Shown: piece after piece, positions 28,811-38,562 of the stretch
Numbering within the stretch: position 1 is the stretch's first letter
Layout: each line of letters opens with the position of its first letter
Virus record (IMG/VR): IMGVR_UViG_3300025410_000014
From: an uncultured virus (IMG/VR IMGVR_UViG_3300025410_000014)
Taxonomy: Duplodnaviria; Heunggongvirae; Uroviricota; Caudoviricetes
Reading direction: 5' to 3' (one strand)
Length of the DNA stretch: 64,000 nt
Position numbers and translations under genes: made by a program
Notes under the pieces: model-generated
What the model was told of the DNA's origin: nothing
Databases searched by the model: none
Seen by the model: the letters and a program-made list of their open reading frames with translations, nothing else

Positions 28811-29200
28811 TTATACCGATGGAGTTGAAGGAGTAGGCGTTGGAGTCTCAACAACGGGCGCTACAAACTCAACCCAAGTCTTTGTATCTTCGTGCCATTC
28901 ATAGCGCTTGCCATCTGTAGGCATAGGTGTAGGAGGTTCCCACAAATATGTCTCTGCATTCTTTGTCCATGATGGAAATGGTTGAGGAGGCGCAAAGCCT
29001 GTGCCGTCCCATGTGTAGCCGATGCCTGCATAATTTTTATGCAATGGTGTACCGCCTTGGGTGTGCTTACCGCCTTGGGTATTGTAAGAAGTTTGAATCC
29101 ACTCGGAAGGGTTACCCCAGTGACCAAGGGCTAAAGTATCAGCTTCAATAACGATGACGTTATCTACGATGCCGTTTGTAACGTGTGCAAAATGTGACAT
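28811..29200 (-). CDS. Fibre-associated protein (MxHFA family)
   Basis: AGGAG RBS; WIQTSYNT, KNYAGIGYTWD, PPQPFPSW, WEPPTPMP. Confidence 0.7.
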   Translation of the reverse strand: MSHFAHVTNGIVDNVIVIEADTLALGHWGNPSEWIQTSYNTQGGKHTQGGTPLHKNYAGIGYTWDGTGFAPPQPFPSWTKNAETYLWEPPTPMPTDGKRYEWHEDTKTWVEFVAPVVETPTPTPSTPSV

Positions 29201-29208
29201 GAAATCTC

Positions 29209-30072
29209 CTAAAAAGTTACTGTACCAGAACCTGTCCAAACATAAATTTGGTAGCCATTATTGTATAAAACTTGCGGGACATTTGAACCTCCAAATGACG
29301 CAGGAGGGGCGCAATTTGCTGGGTATCGGATAATCACAATACCTGATCCGCCATTGCCGCCATAAGGCGAAACTTGATTTGAACCACCTCCACCTCCGCC
29401 TGTGTTTGCTTGACCTGGAGAGCCAAGGAATCGACTTGTCTGTGCGCCATTACCGCCTCCACCTGCACCTCCAAGACCGCCAACGTATGTGTTTGTATTG
29501 CCAGAACCACCACCGCCACCAGCATAAAATACAGGAGAACCTGTTATGGTAGAAACCAATCCCGTTCCACCATTACCGCCTGAACCTGTTGATGAGCCAT
29601 TTCCTCCAACAGAACCCGCCCCACCGCCTCCACCTGCGCTATAGCTTGGGCCACTAGCACTAGAACCAGTACCGCCATTATTACCTTGGCCTGATGTGCC
29701 AGTACCGCCAGGATTTGACCCATACCAACCACCAGCGCCAGAGCCTCCATTTGCTACTGAACCGCCTTGAGATGATTTACTTCCACCGCCTGTTGCAGTT
29801 ATTGAACCAAATACAGAATTAGCACCGTTGCCAGAAATGCCTGGTGCGCCACCTGCCCCAACAGTTATTGTGATAGACGTTCCAGGCGTTATTGCATATC
29901 CTGTAGCCGTCAAAAGTCCACCCGCACCACCTCCACCATCACTACCAGCAGATGAACCACCACCGCCAGAACCTCCGCCAGCAACAACAAGATATTCAAC
30001 AAAGCCTGTCACCTGACCCGTCAATGGGGTCATCGTACCGCTAATCACACCACCAATATAACTTTGTGACAT
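29209..30072 (-). CDS. Glycine-rich tail fibre/receptor-binding protein
   Basis: VEYLVVAGGG...GGSGIVIIRYP...WTGSGTVTF. Confidence 0.75.
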   Translation of the reverse strand: MSQSYIGGVISGTMTPLTGQVTGFVEYLVVAGGGSGGGGSSAGSDGGGGAGGLLTATGYAITPGTSITITVGAGGAPGISGNGANSVFGSITATGGGSKSSQGGSVANGGSGAGGWYGSNPGGTGTSGQGNNGGTGSSASGPSYSAGGGGGAGSVGGNGSSTGSGGNGGTGLVSTITGSPVFYAGGGGGSGNTNTYVGGLGGAGGGGNGAQTSRFLGSPGQANTGGGGGGSNQVSPYGGNGGSGIVIIRYPANCAPPASFGGSNVPQVLYNNGYQIYVWTGSGTVTF

Positions 30073-30081
30073 TTGTTATTC

Positions 30082-31593
30082 CTAGAATGTGACTGTGCCA
30101 GAACCAGTCCAAGTGTACACACGATTCTTGTATCCTAGTCCTGTTGCAAATGGGGATGCTTGGTTCCAAGCCAAACCTGTTGTAGATGATGTTGGCGCAA
30201 ATGCGTTTGTTGAGCTGTCAACCAAGTACCCACCAGATACAGAATTCATCAATAGCTGTGTATTTGTAATTGCCGTTAATGGACTTGTACTTGGCGTAAA
30301 GTTGCTAGTGTAAACAGCAGTACCCTTAACAATTCTTACATTTGACATATAGCCCGTAATAGAGCCAACGCCACCAGTGCCATTTGCGGTAATTGTTGTG
30401 GTTGAAGCGCCTGTTACAGTTCCTGATAAGGTTGCTGTGCCAACAGATGTGCCGTTATGATAAATAGTAACAGTTGTTCCACTCCTAACAATAGCAAAAT
30501 GATTCCATACATTAGCGCTTGCTACAGCCGCAGTTTGATAAACCAAACTTCCGCCAGAATAAAACACATATGTTGCGCCCGGAATAGCAATTAACCAATT
30601 ACCCGTGCTACCAGATGAAACTAAAGCGGGGTTACCACCACCTGATGCATTATTAAAGTTGGCAAGGTTATACCAACCTTCAATTGTAAAATCACCAGTA
30701 AAAGTAAACGGAGTTGCAGTGCCTGTAAATTGAACGGTTCCAGCGCCTGTATTATAAATACTACCACTACCACTTGTAGAAGCAGTAGGACTGTTAGCCC
30801 CACCAAATGCTGATGGTGCGTTATAGATGTCAGGGTATGAAATGATGACGATGCCTGAGCCTCCTGCTCCTGCGGCTCCATATCCACCTTGACCACCACC
30901 ACCACCACCTGTGTTAACTGTTCCTGCTACTGCGGCACCTGAATTGGCACCTGCTCCACCACCGCCTACTCCACCGCTACTTCCAATTGCGCCACTTGTA
31001 TATGTGTTATTCCCGCCACCTCCACCGCCAGCATATGCGGTTACAGTCCCACTAATTGCAGATGAAATTCCTTGGCCACCATTACCAGCAGAACCATTTG
31101 ATAAAAAGTTTGCTCCTACATTTCCTGCACCACCACCGCCTCCACTACCACCAATGGCAAGTCCTGAATAGGCACTTAATCCACCAGCATTACCTTGGCC
31201 AGAAGTTCCTTGACCACCAAAATATGAAACAGAAGCTGGCCCAGCTCCTCCGCCAGCACCGCCCCCAGAGCCACCTGATGAACCAGCACTAGCATTACCT
31301 GATCCACCTGCGCCTCCGCCTATAGCGGTAACATTGCTAAAAACTGAATTAACGCCTGAACTACCTGTACTACCACCACTACCTACAGTTACAGTAATAG
31401 ATGTTTTTGGTGTTACAGGAGAGATTCCTTGAAGAACTCCACCGCCTCCGCCGCCACCACCCAAACTAGTTCCACCACCTCCACCACCTGCTACAACAAG
31501 GTATTCAACTGCGGGTGTTGTTTGTGAACCTGCCCAAGCCTTCTGAATTAAGCCTTGTAATTGCTGTTTGAGATTGAATAAACCTTGTGCCAT
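30082..31593 (-). CDS. Glycine-rich fibre protein with LamG/concanavalin A-like domain
   Basis: Gly-rich domain plus GDFTIEGW, WNHFAIVRSG, GYMSNVRIVKG. Confidence 0.8.
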   Translation of the reverse strand: MAQGLFNLKQQLQGLIQKAWAGSQTTPAVEYLVVAGGGGGGTSLGGGGGGGGVLQGISPVTPKTSITVTVGSGGSTGSSGVNSVFSNVTAIGGGAGGSGNASAGSSGGSGGGAGGGAGPASVSYFGGQGTSGQGNAGGLSAYSGLAIGGSGGGGGAGNVGANFLSNGSAGNGGQGISSAISGTVTAYAGGGGGGNNTYTSGAIGSSGGVGGGGAGANSGAAVAGTVNTGGGGGGQGGYGAAGAGGSGIVIISYPDIYNAPSAFGGANSPTASTSGSGSIYNTGAGTVQFTGTATPFTFTGDFTIEGWYNLANFNNASGGGNPALVSSGSTGNWLIAIPGATYVFYSGGSLVYQTAAVASANVWNHFAIVRSGTTVTIYHNGTSVGTATLSGTVTGASTTTITANGTGGVGSITGYMSNVRIVKGTAVYTSNFTPSTSPLTAITNTQLLMNSVSGGYLVDSSTNAFAPTSSTTGLAWNQASPFATGLGYKNRVYTWTGSGTVTF

Positions 31594-31601
31594 TGTTAAC
31601 C

Positions 31602-32471
31602 TCAGAATGTGATTGTGCCAGAGGCGTAGAAGACGTATACACGATAAGGCCCTGCGATGTATGTTGTAGGCGAACCTGTGGTTGATGTGGCTTGCTTGAG
31701 GTAAGCGGGATAACGGATGACTACGATGCCTGAACCGCCACTGCCACCAGATGCAAAGAAAGTATTGTGTGAACCACCGCCACCGCCGCCGCCTGTGTTA
31801 GCAATACCAGCTTGTCCAAAAATAGGATTTGTATTACCCCCGTTACCACCACCACCACCACCTCCAAATCCTCCAGAGTTTGCTAATCTATAAGTATCAC
31901 CTCCTGCGCCCCCGCCACCAGCGTATTGGATAGCAGTTCCTGTTATAGATGAAACAAAACCAGCTCCACCATCGCCAGCTTTATATGCATTAGCATTTCC
32001 CCCAACAGAACCAGCTCCACCCCCTCCGCCACAAACATATAATGTTCCACCGCTATTTGTTCCTAATCCACCAGCATTACCTTGTCCAGCAATTCCTGTC
32101 CCCGCCGCTGAACCAGAATAATCACCCCCAGCTCCTGAACCGCCATTTATAGATGTACTAGCTCCACCACCTGTTGTAGTTATATTTCCAAAAATGGATG
32201 ATGCGCCAGGTGATCCACCGTTAGAACCACTACTAGTATTACTTGCGCCACCTGCGCCACCTGCGCCTACAGTCACGGTTATGCTAGAACCCAAAGTAAT
32301 TGGATAGCCTGTCGCAGTCAAAAGTCCCCCTGCACCCGCACCACCTCCAGATGGAGTATTAGCGCCCCCACCACCTCCAGCAACAACAAGATACTCCACA
32401 GTCTGAACAGGATAGTTCAAACCGTTGTATTGTGCGCCTTTAAAGCCTCCGGGGTTAGACAGAAAGGTCAT
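31602..32471 (-). CDS. Glycine-rich tail fibre/receptor-binding protein
   Basis: VEYLVVAGGG...GGSGIVVIRYP...FYASGTITF. Confidence 0.75.
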   Translation of the reverse strand: MTFLSNPGGFKGAQYNGLNYPVQTVEYLVVAGGGGGANTPSGGGAGAGGLLTATGYPITLGSSITVTVGAGGAGGASNTSSGSNGGSPGASSIFGNITTTGGGASTSINGGSGAGGDYSGSAAGTGIAGQGNAGGLGTNSGGTLYVCGGGGGAGSVGGNANAYKAGDGGAGFVSSITGTAIQYAGGGGAGGDTYRLANSGGFGGGGGGGNGGNTNPIFGQAGIANTGGGGGGGSHNTFFASGGSGGSGIVVIRYPAYLKQATSTTGSPTTYIAGPYRVYVFYASGTITF

Positions 32472-32474
32472 GGC

Positions 32475-32867
32475 TTAATCAGAGATTGATTCGTAAGAAA
32501 CAATAAAAGTAAGATTGTTTGCAGTACCACTTGTGATACTGATACATGAATTTTCATTCAAATAAAACGCTGTGGTCTTATCGCTCAAAATAACAGTTGC
32601 ATTGGGTGGAACTGAAATGGTCGATGCAAATGGATACGCAGTACCTCCCGATGGAGCAGAACCTTGTGCCGTTGCATTGGTGTAAATAGCCGCAGTCGCA
32701 TTCACTGCACTTGAGCTAGTATTACAAGCCATGATGGTGTCTATCTTATAAACTAAACCACTTGATGCGGCATTGTTCAATAAAGACACTGCTGTTATGC
32801 CAGAAGGCGTGTACTGAGTCGTTACACCCAAAATTGTTGCTACCGTGACGATATTAGGATTAGCCAT
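32475..32867 (-). CDS. Virion structural protein (MANPNIV family)
   Basis: AAGGAG RBS; beta-rich; ends VSYESIS. Confidence 0.7.
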   Translation of the reverse strand: MANPNIVTVATILGVTTQYTPSGITAVSLLNNAASSGLVYKIDTIMACNTSSSAVNATAAIYTNATAQGSAPSGGTAYPFASTISVPPNATVILSDKTTAFYLNENSCISITSGTANNLTFIVSYESISD

Positions 32868-32877
32868 TTAATACTCC

Positions 32878-34308
32878 TTAGAATCCGAAGACCATCGCCA
32901 TTGCAATGGATTTACCTGTTGATATACCAGCAGTACCCCATACAGGAGCTGCACCAGAACCGCCTGAAAGTAACGCTTGACCAGATGTACCATATGAGCC
33001 ATTGAACGCTATTTGGTTAGACGTTCCAATCGTAATTCCATCTATTGCGTTGTTATTGGTAGTTAACCGAAGTGGATTAGCACTGTACGTTCCAACAACC
33101 AAATCACCAGTAAAACTATACAAATAACCATTGTTTGGCTGATTGAATGATCCAGCAACCTGCCCAGTAATTGTAGTACTCGATGCAATCGTTTGCGCTG
33201 AACTCATGGTGTATGTACCAACACCACCAGGAACATAGAAGTTATAAGTACCCGCAGCTTGAATTGTAAAGTTTACGTTTGTACCAGCAGCATTGACCAA
33301 ATTAATACCATTGCCAGTCGATGTAAAGCTACCTACAAAAGTACCGCTTGGTACACCTGTTCCTGATACCAAGTATCCAATCGCAATTCCTGCCAAAGAT
33401 GAAACATAGAACTGGTTAGAACTTGTACCGCCACCACTCACATATGTGGGTGAAGCCGCAGCAGAACCTGTGGCAGTTAACTGGGTTGTAATCGTTACCG
33501 TTCCAGAAATACCTGTTCCAGTAATAACAGAACCATAAAGCAAGTTACCACTTGTAACGCTTGCTATAGTCAATGTTGTGCTAGATGAACCACCTGTACC
33601 GCCCACGGTTACAGATGCACCATAATTTGAACTGTTGATACCAGCATTAACGTAATAAGCGTTATTGTTGTATATCGCAAAGTCTGTAGATGCTATAGCA
33701 CCAGAGCTTGTGTTTTGAATGTTAGAGTAAACATACCCGTTAAAGCTGGCTTGTGCCGAGTTAACAATGTTGGTATCTTGGTAGTTCAGAGTGCCGTAAT
33801 TAATAGCACCAACTGTAGCGGGATTGGTAATCGACCCAGTAACTGTAACTGTTGTGGCAGTAATAGCACCGAATGTATTGAGTGAACTGATCTTGACAAC
33901 ATCGGTAGTGACTGTGTTGTAGTACACAATCGCAGACTCACCATTCGCAATCGTAACGCCTGTACCACCAGACTTCTTAACAGTGATTGAGTAGCCGCCA
34001 GTTGTATTATTAAGAACGTAGTAAGTCTTACTGTATGTGGGAACTAAAATATTTCTAGCGGCTGTCCGTGCGCCTGTGCAGTTAAGAACCGCATACTGAG
34101 CTGTGGTGCCAGTGATATTATTACCAGACGTAGAACCCGTTGTTTGGGTAAGTGTGACGTCTCCATCTGTGGTAATGTTATTGGTACCCGCAATGGCAAT
34201 ATCAATGTAGTCGGTTGTGCCGTAATTGATGTCATAGCCCCAGTTACCTGATTCGGTACCTGTGACTGGCTCTACGAGTTGTAGATTTGTTGAGTATCCT
34301 ACTGACAT
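32878..34308 (-). CDS. Tail fibre protein
   Basis: N-terminal GTESGNWG anchor, S/T/G-rich shaft, C-terminal ISTGKSIAMAMVFG. Confidence 0.7.
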   Translation of the reverse strand: MSVGYSTNLQLVEPVTGTESGNWGYDINYGTTDYIDIAIAGTNNITTDGDVTLTQTTGSTSGNNITGTTAQYAVLNCTGARTAARNILVPTYSKTYYVLNNTTGGYSITVKKSGGTGVTIANGESAIVYYNTVTTDVVKISSLNTFGAITATTVTVTGSITNPATVGAINYGTLNYQDTNIVNSAQASFNGYVYSNIQNTSSGAIASTDFAIYNNNAYYVNAGINSSNYGASVTVGGTGGSSSTTLTIASVTSGNLLYGSVITGTGISGTVTITTQLTATGSAAASPTYVSGGGTSSNQFYVSSLAGIAIGYLVSGTGVPSGTFVGSFTSTGNGINLVNAAGTNVNFTIQAAGTYNFYVPGGVGTYTMSSAQTIASSTTITGQVAGSFNQPNNGYLYSFTGDLVVGTYSANPLRLTTNNNAIDGITIGTSNQIAFNGSYGTSGQALLSGGSGAAPVWGTAGISTGKSIAMAMVFGF

Positions 34309-34317
34309 TTAATTCTC

Positions 34318-35583
34318 CTAAACTGTCGTAATTTCTGTCCAACCAGGTGTTTCTGCATCAGCAACTTCCGCCCATCCTGGTGTTTGAGGGTCATTAATTG
34401 TCGTCCAACTGGGCGTTTGCGCTGTGTTAATGGTTGTCCAAGAAGCCGACTCTGGATCGTTAATCACCTGCCAAGATGCCGTCTCACTGTCGTCAATTAG
34501 ATTCCACAGTAGTGTACCAAAAATTGAGTCAGTTGCAACTATAGTTTCAATGATTTTGACGAAGTAAATGCTTCCCGCAGGGCTTACCAAGTCTGTAACT
34601 GAGACGGTTTCTGTGAGCGTATTTTGAGCTGTTAACGTGGCCGACAGAGAATCCAACAAGGATATAGTCTCTAATACCACCAACAATGCTGTTACACCGC
34701 CAGCTACAGAATCCAAAGCCACCGCAGTTTCAGACACAAATAGCTGAGATGAACCCCCCGCAACGTAATTATCAGTGGCTGTCGCTGTCTCAGAATCTGT
34801 GACGTTATAAGTAGACCCTCCAAATGAGCTGTCTGTTACTGTAGCCGTCTCAGAGATAAAGCAAGCAAATGTTTGGGTAGTCGTGACTGAATCCGCAGGT
34901 ACGATAAGTTCTGCTATCGGGCAAGCAAATGTCTGTGTTGTGCTGACCGAGTCCGTAGCCGTGGCTGTTTCTGATACCACCAAAGAGTAAATGGGCTGTG
35001 AAGACACCACATCCGTGACGGTGATCGTTTCGTTGACGGCGGGGTTAAATGCAACATAATCCGTGACAATATCTACCAATGTAGACGCTCCACCCCAAAC
35101 GCCTTGACCCCAGCCAAGGAATCCCCAGCCCACCGCAAAACCTTCAATAATTTGCAGAGTAATTGTATTGCCTGCGTCAACTGTGTCTGTAACCGTGCTG
35201 ACCTCATTGACAACAGCGCTTGTTAAATAGCTTGTAGCTATTGTGTCTGTAACAGTAATAGATTCTGAAACGGTATTGGTTGTAGAAAGAATAGAACTTA
35301 GTGAATCGGTTGCGGTCGCTGTCTCGGATACCGTGGAGTTATCAGATACAAAATCTGTAACAACATCCACCAAAGACGATTGACCGCCCCAAACGCCAAA
35401 GCCCCAAGTGTTACCACCCCAAGTTGAAAGAAATCCCTCATTAACCGTGACACTAGACGTGCCAGAAGGATATTGGGAATCCGTTACGGATGGCGTACTA
35501 CCAAAAACACCAGACCCCCACGCAACAGCCCCCCATCCACCATTATTGGCGGTTTCAGCAACTGATGCGTTGTAGACAGCCAT
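34318..35583 (-). CDS. Virion protein with WG repeats and ETxTxTD repeats
   Basis: Three WGxxxWG blocks, many SETATATD-like units, C-terminal W-repeats. Confidence 0.7.
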   Translation of the reverse strand: MAVYNASVAETANNGGWGAVAWGSGVFGSTPSVTDSQYPSGTSSVTVNEGFLSTWGGNTWGFGVWGGQSSLVDVVTDFVSDNSTVSETATATDSLSSILSTTNTVSESITVTDTIATSYLTSAVVNEVSTVTDTVDAGNTITLQIIEGFAVGWGFLGWGQGVWGGASTLVDIVTDYVAFNPAVNETITVTDVVSSQPIYSLVVSETATATDSVSTTQTFACPIAELIVPADSVTTTQTFACFISETATVTDSSFGGSTYNVTDSETATATDNYVAGGSSQLFVSETAVALDSVAGGVTALLVVLETISLLDSLSATLTAQNTLTETVSVTDLVSPAGSIYFVKIIETIVATDSIFGTLLWNLIDDSETASWQVINDPESASWTTINTAQTPSWTTINDPQTPGWAEVADAETPGWTEITTV

Positions 35584-35768
35584 TATGCCGCAACAAGTTG
35601 CGCCTCATTGAACCATCTGGTTTGGGAGACACCGTTCTCATCTACCCATGTAATCATGTACTGGATATTGCCAGTAGCGTCCATCTGCATAGCTTCAACT
35701 GGGCCAGCAGGATCAACAGGTGCGGGTGTGACTTTAACGTTCTCACCAATAATGAATTTAGCGGCCAT
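35583..35768 (-). CDS. Hypothetical protein
   Basis: AAGGA RBS; coupled to downstream gene. Confidence 0.65.
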   Translation of the reverse strand: MAAKFIIGENVKVTPAPVDPAGPVEAMQMDATGNIQYMITWVDENGVSQTRWFNEAQLVAA

Positions 35769-35776
35769 GATAATCC

Positions 35777-36361
35777 TTAGCAGTTAGCGGTATAAGTGAC
35801 GTTCAATGTATCGCCCAACAACACAGAACGGTTTCCAGTCGTGAAGCTACCAGCAGAATATAAAGTTCCTGTAGTGCCAGACTTGGTGTTGCTTGTGGTT
35901 AAGAACGCACCTGCAATAGTGCCTGTAGCGTTAATACTAAATGCTGTAGCAGAGGTAGAAATAGTGCCAGTGCCAGCAGAGCCAGCCCCACCCCCAGAAG
36001 CGCTAGCGGAGCCAAAAGCAGCAGCAGGACGAGTCGATTGAGAATAGCCAACATTTTCTGTCCACCCCGAGTGAGAAGCCATCGTATCGGCAGCGTTATA
36101 AGTGGGGCTAGAAGCGCCATCCACTAAGCCAAGATACCAAGCCGCGGTATAAGAAGTACCTGCAAAATATTTGTTCAACAGGTCGGTTTTACCCACGTTG
36201 ACCACTAGATTCTTAAACGTTTCTTCCCAGCGGATCGTGCCGTCAGCCGCCGTACAAGTGACTGTATAAGCGCCAACCACATTGGCATCTTCTAGTAGAA
36301 AGTTGCGTGTGGCTACAGCTACAGCAGAGCCTTCGGTGGGTTTAATATTTTCGGTTTGCAT
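35777..36361 (-). CDS. Virion structural protein
   Basis: KNLVVNVG, WYLGL, GTLYSAG, GDTLNVTY pattern common in phage tail proteins. Confidence 0.7.
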   Translation of the reverse strand: MQTENIKPTEGSAVAVATRNFLLEDANVVGAYTVTCTAADGTIRWEETFKNLVVNVGKTDLLNKYFAGTSYTAAWYLGLVDGASSPTYNAADTMASHSGWTENVGYSQSTRPAAAFGSASASGGGAGSAGTGTISTSATAFSINATGTIAGAFLTTSNTKSGTTGTLYSAGSFTTGNRSVLLGDTLNVTYTANC

Positions 36362-36807
36362 TATGCGATCCTTAAAATAGCGTTGGTGCTGTTAACAGCG
36401 GGGAATTGAATCGTGAAAGAATTAACACAAGTTTTGTCGCTGCCAAAATCAAGTATTGCCACAGAAGCATTGCTTTGACTTTGATTGTAAATCAGCGCAC
36501 CACGACATGTAAATGCTGCTGGACTCCAAATTGCGTTGGCAAATGACCAATAAGCCACCGTACCATTTGCGGAGCCAGATGTTGGGGTTTGCGTAATCGT
36601 CAAGGGGATACCGCCTTGTGTATACCCATTACCAGTTGGAACTTCTCCAACTAAAGCTGTCGAATACTGTGTTGTTGCCGCATTAAGAGTAGCGGTAGAG
36701 TTGAACAACGCAATATAAAACGTATTGGGACTAGTAGGCCCAAAGTTGTGCAAACCTTGAGCCAGTTGAACTTTGAAACTGGTAGTAGCCGTTTGAACTA
36801 AGCTCAT
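36361..36807 (-). CDS. Virion structural protein
   Basis: TSFK..L, FYIALF, RGALIYN, LDFGSDK, AILRIA. Confidence 0.7.
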   Translation of the reverse strand: MSLVQTATTSFKVQLAQGLHNFGPTSPNTFYIALFNSTATLNAATTQYSTALVGEVPTGNGYTQGGIPLTITQTPTSGSANGTVAYWSFANAIWSPAAFTCRGALIYNQSQSNASVAILDFGSDKTCVNSFTIQFPAVNSTNAILRIA

Positions 36808-37673
36808 GTGACCGCCTGTCTAAATTGACCAGAACGGTACGCATCTTGACGCTCCATACCATCGCCAAGACGTTTAGCTAGAGCTAATGCTTCTGTATAT
36901 CTTTTCTCATATAGCGCTACCATATCAGCTTCACCTTTCATAAAGGTATAAGCCTCAACAAGAGAGCCATACAAAAGCACGGTATCAAAGTTGTTGCCAA
37001 GCCAAGAAGTACCACTTGGGTTGTTAGTGGTATCTGATATTGACAAAGGATAATAGTAATAATGCAACTCAGCGTTATAAGTAGTGTCAGGATTAGGGCC
37101 AAGCATGAACGATAAATAGTTAGTAACTGTTCCGCTTGTAACGGTTGGGCCAAATAAAGCATAGTATTTTGGTGTCCCGTAAGAGGTTGGGTACGAATAT
37201 GCTTCCCGAATAAAGTTAACATCTTTATTAAGAAGATATTGATAAGGCCCTTGAAAAGTTACCGTACCAGAAACAGTACCTGTATTTGGCACTGATAAGG
37301 TAATACTTGTTCCAGAAATATTAATTACATAGGAGTTAGCCGCAATACCAGTACCAGATGCTTGTTGCCCAATAGCAATACCAGAATTACTAGTTACAGT
37401 AATAATAAGCGTACCAGATGTGCCTGTAGCGGTAGTAGAAGCTGTTGTGTATACCGCCAATGAATACGTGGCTAGAAAATCACTTGGGCAAGATAGGTAT
37501 TGATTGTTGACTGTAATGGATCCCGTTACATTTTTGCGCAATGACGGGAATTGAATTGTGTTATAGATGCGTTGTTCAGCTTGTTCAACGAACGTAGGAA
37601 TATCGTTTACGAAAGTAGTTTCGTAATTCTGTGTGTAATCCTGTATCAGTTGTTTAAGCTGAGTGTAATTCAT
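36804..37673 (-). CDS. Head-tail adaptor / tail tubular A-like protein
   Basis: MNY..L...IQDY, FVEQAEQRI, LLYGSLVEAY; contains S/T/G-rich insert. Confidence 0.65.
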   Translation of the reverse strand: MNYTQLKQLIQDYTQNYETTFVNDIPTFVEQAEQRIYNTIQFPSLRKNVTGSITVNNQYLSCPSDFLATYSLAVYTTASTTATGTSGTLIITVTSNSGIAIGQQASGTGIAANSYVINISGTSITLSVPNTGTVSGTVTFQGPYQYLLNKDVNFIREAYSYPTSYGTPKYYALFGPTVTSGTVTNYLSFMLGPNPDTTYNAELHYYYYPLSISDTTNNPSGTSWLGNNFDTVLLYGSLVEAYTFMKGEADMVALYEKRYTEALALAKRLGDGMERQDAYRSGQFRQAVT

Positions 37674-37945
37674 GCCATTGGGCCTCTTGCCATTACGCCT
37701 TTAGTGGCTGCACCTGTACCACGAATCTTAATACCATCCGTCTCAACACGATCATCCATCGTAATAGACACACCCATCAAAGGAACCCAGTTCTTTTTCT
37801 TTTCGAACTCAGGCGCTGTACCAGCATCTGCAATGTTTACAGATCTACCTTTCATGTCATGAGGTGCTGCATATTCATCAGCAGGGCGATTATCTCGATT
37901 AGCGCCACGTTGAATAGCAGGGCTATCTTTTTTAGTTGGTTTCAT
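37670..37945 (-). CDS. Small basic virion protein
   Basis: GIKIRGTGAATKG...RGPMA C-terminus. Confidence 0.7.
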   Translation of the reverse strand: MKPTKKDSPAIQRGANRDNRPADEYAAPHDMKGRSVNIADAGTAPEFEKKKNWVPLMGVSITMDDRVETDGIKIRGTGAATKGVMARGPMA

Positions 37946-38163
37946 TATTTGCTCCCAGGTTTTTGATTATGGGCACGGGCTAAATTGCGGCCTACTGCAC
38001 GCATATCTTTACCTGTTGGGCCACCCTGTTTCATTTTGTGAACCTTGCCGCCCTTTTTGAGGTTGGATAGGTTGGTGTGTTTGCCGGGATGTTCCTGTTT
38101 ATCGTGCATAGAAAAAGCCTTCTTAATCAGCTTTTTGTCCTCTTTGATATCATCGTGCTTCAT
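37945..38163 (-). CDS. Small basic virion protein
   Basis: AGGAG RBS; KKGG and KQGG motifs, GRNLAR. Confidence 0.7.
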   Translation of the reverse strand: MKHDDIKEDKKLIKKAFSMHDKQEHPGKHTNLSNLKKGGKVHKMKQGGPTGKDMRAVGRNLARAHNQKPGSK

Positions 38164-38172
38164 TCTAAACTC

Positions 38173-38562
38173 CTACGTTGTAACTATTGTAACTGTACCA
38201 ACTTGTACTTGCAAAATCAAATCATTTTCAGTTAAAGCCGTATCAAATAATCTTGCCCCGCCGACAGGATTCCAGCCCCACTGAAATACTCTGCTACCTT
38301 CGCCAATTGACCCTGTTGCAGTAACTCCTGATTGGGTATAACTTAAATCTGGCCTAGGTTGCATAACCGCTTGTGGATCATCAATTGGATACATACCCAA
38401 TTGCAATTGGGGCTGATCTGGATCCCAACATTCAGGACATACCTTTAATTGATAGATTTTGGTCTTAATGATCTCCATCTTCAATTGTTTGAGCATGTAC
38501 CTTTGCCCACAACGATCACACTCGGCAATCGAGTTTTTACCCGATGCGAACCTATTCGCCAT
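38173..38562 (-). CDS. Zinc-binding conserved phage protein
   Basis: CDRCG...VCPECWD, DDPQAV..PRPD. Confidence 0.7.
   Translation of the reverse strand: MANRFASGKNSIAECDRCGQRYMLKQLKMEIIKTKIYQLKVCPECWDPDQPQLQLGMYPIDDPQAVMQPRPDLSYTQSGVTATGSIGEGSRVFQWGWNPVGGARLFDTALTENDLILQVQVGTVTIVTT

Noticed and set aside
27877..32471. Paralogous fibre C-termini as DGR template/variable repeats
   Set aside because: No reverse transcriptase in the window, and differences between copies are not adenine-specific.
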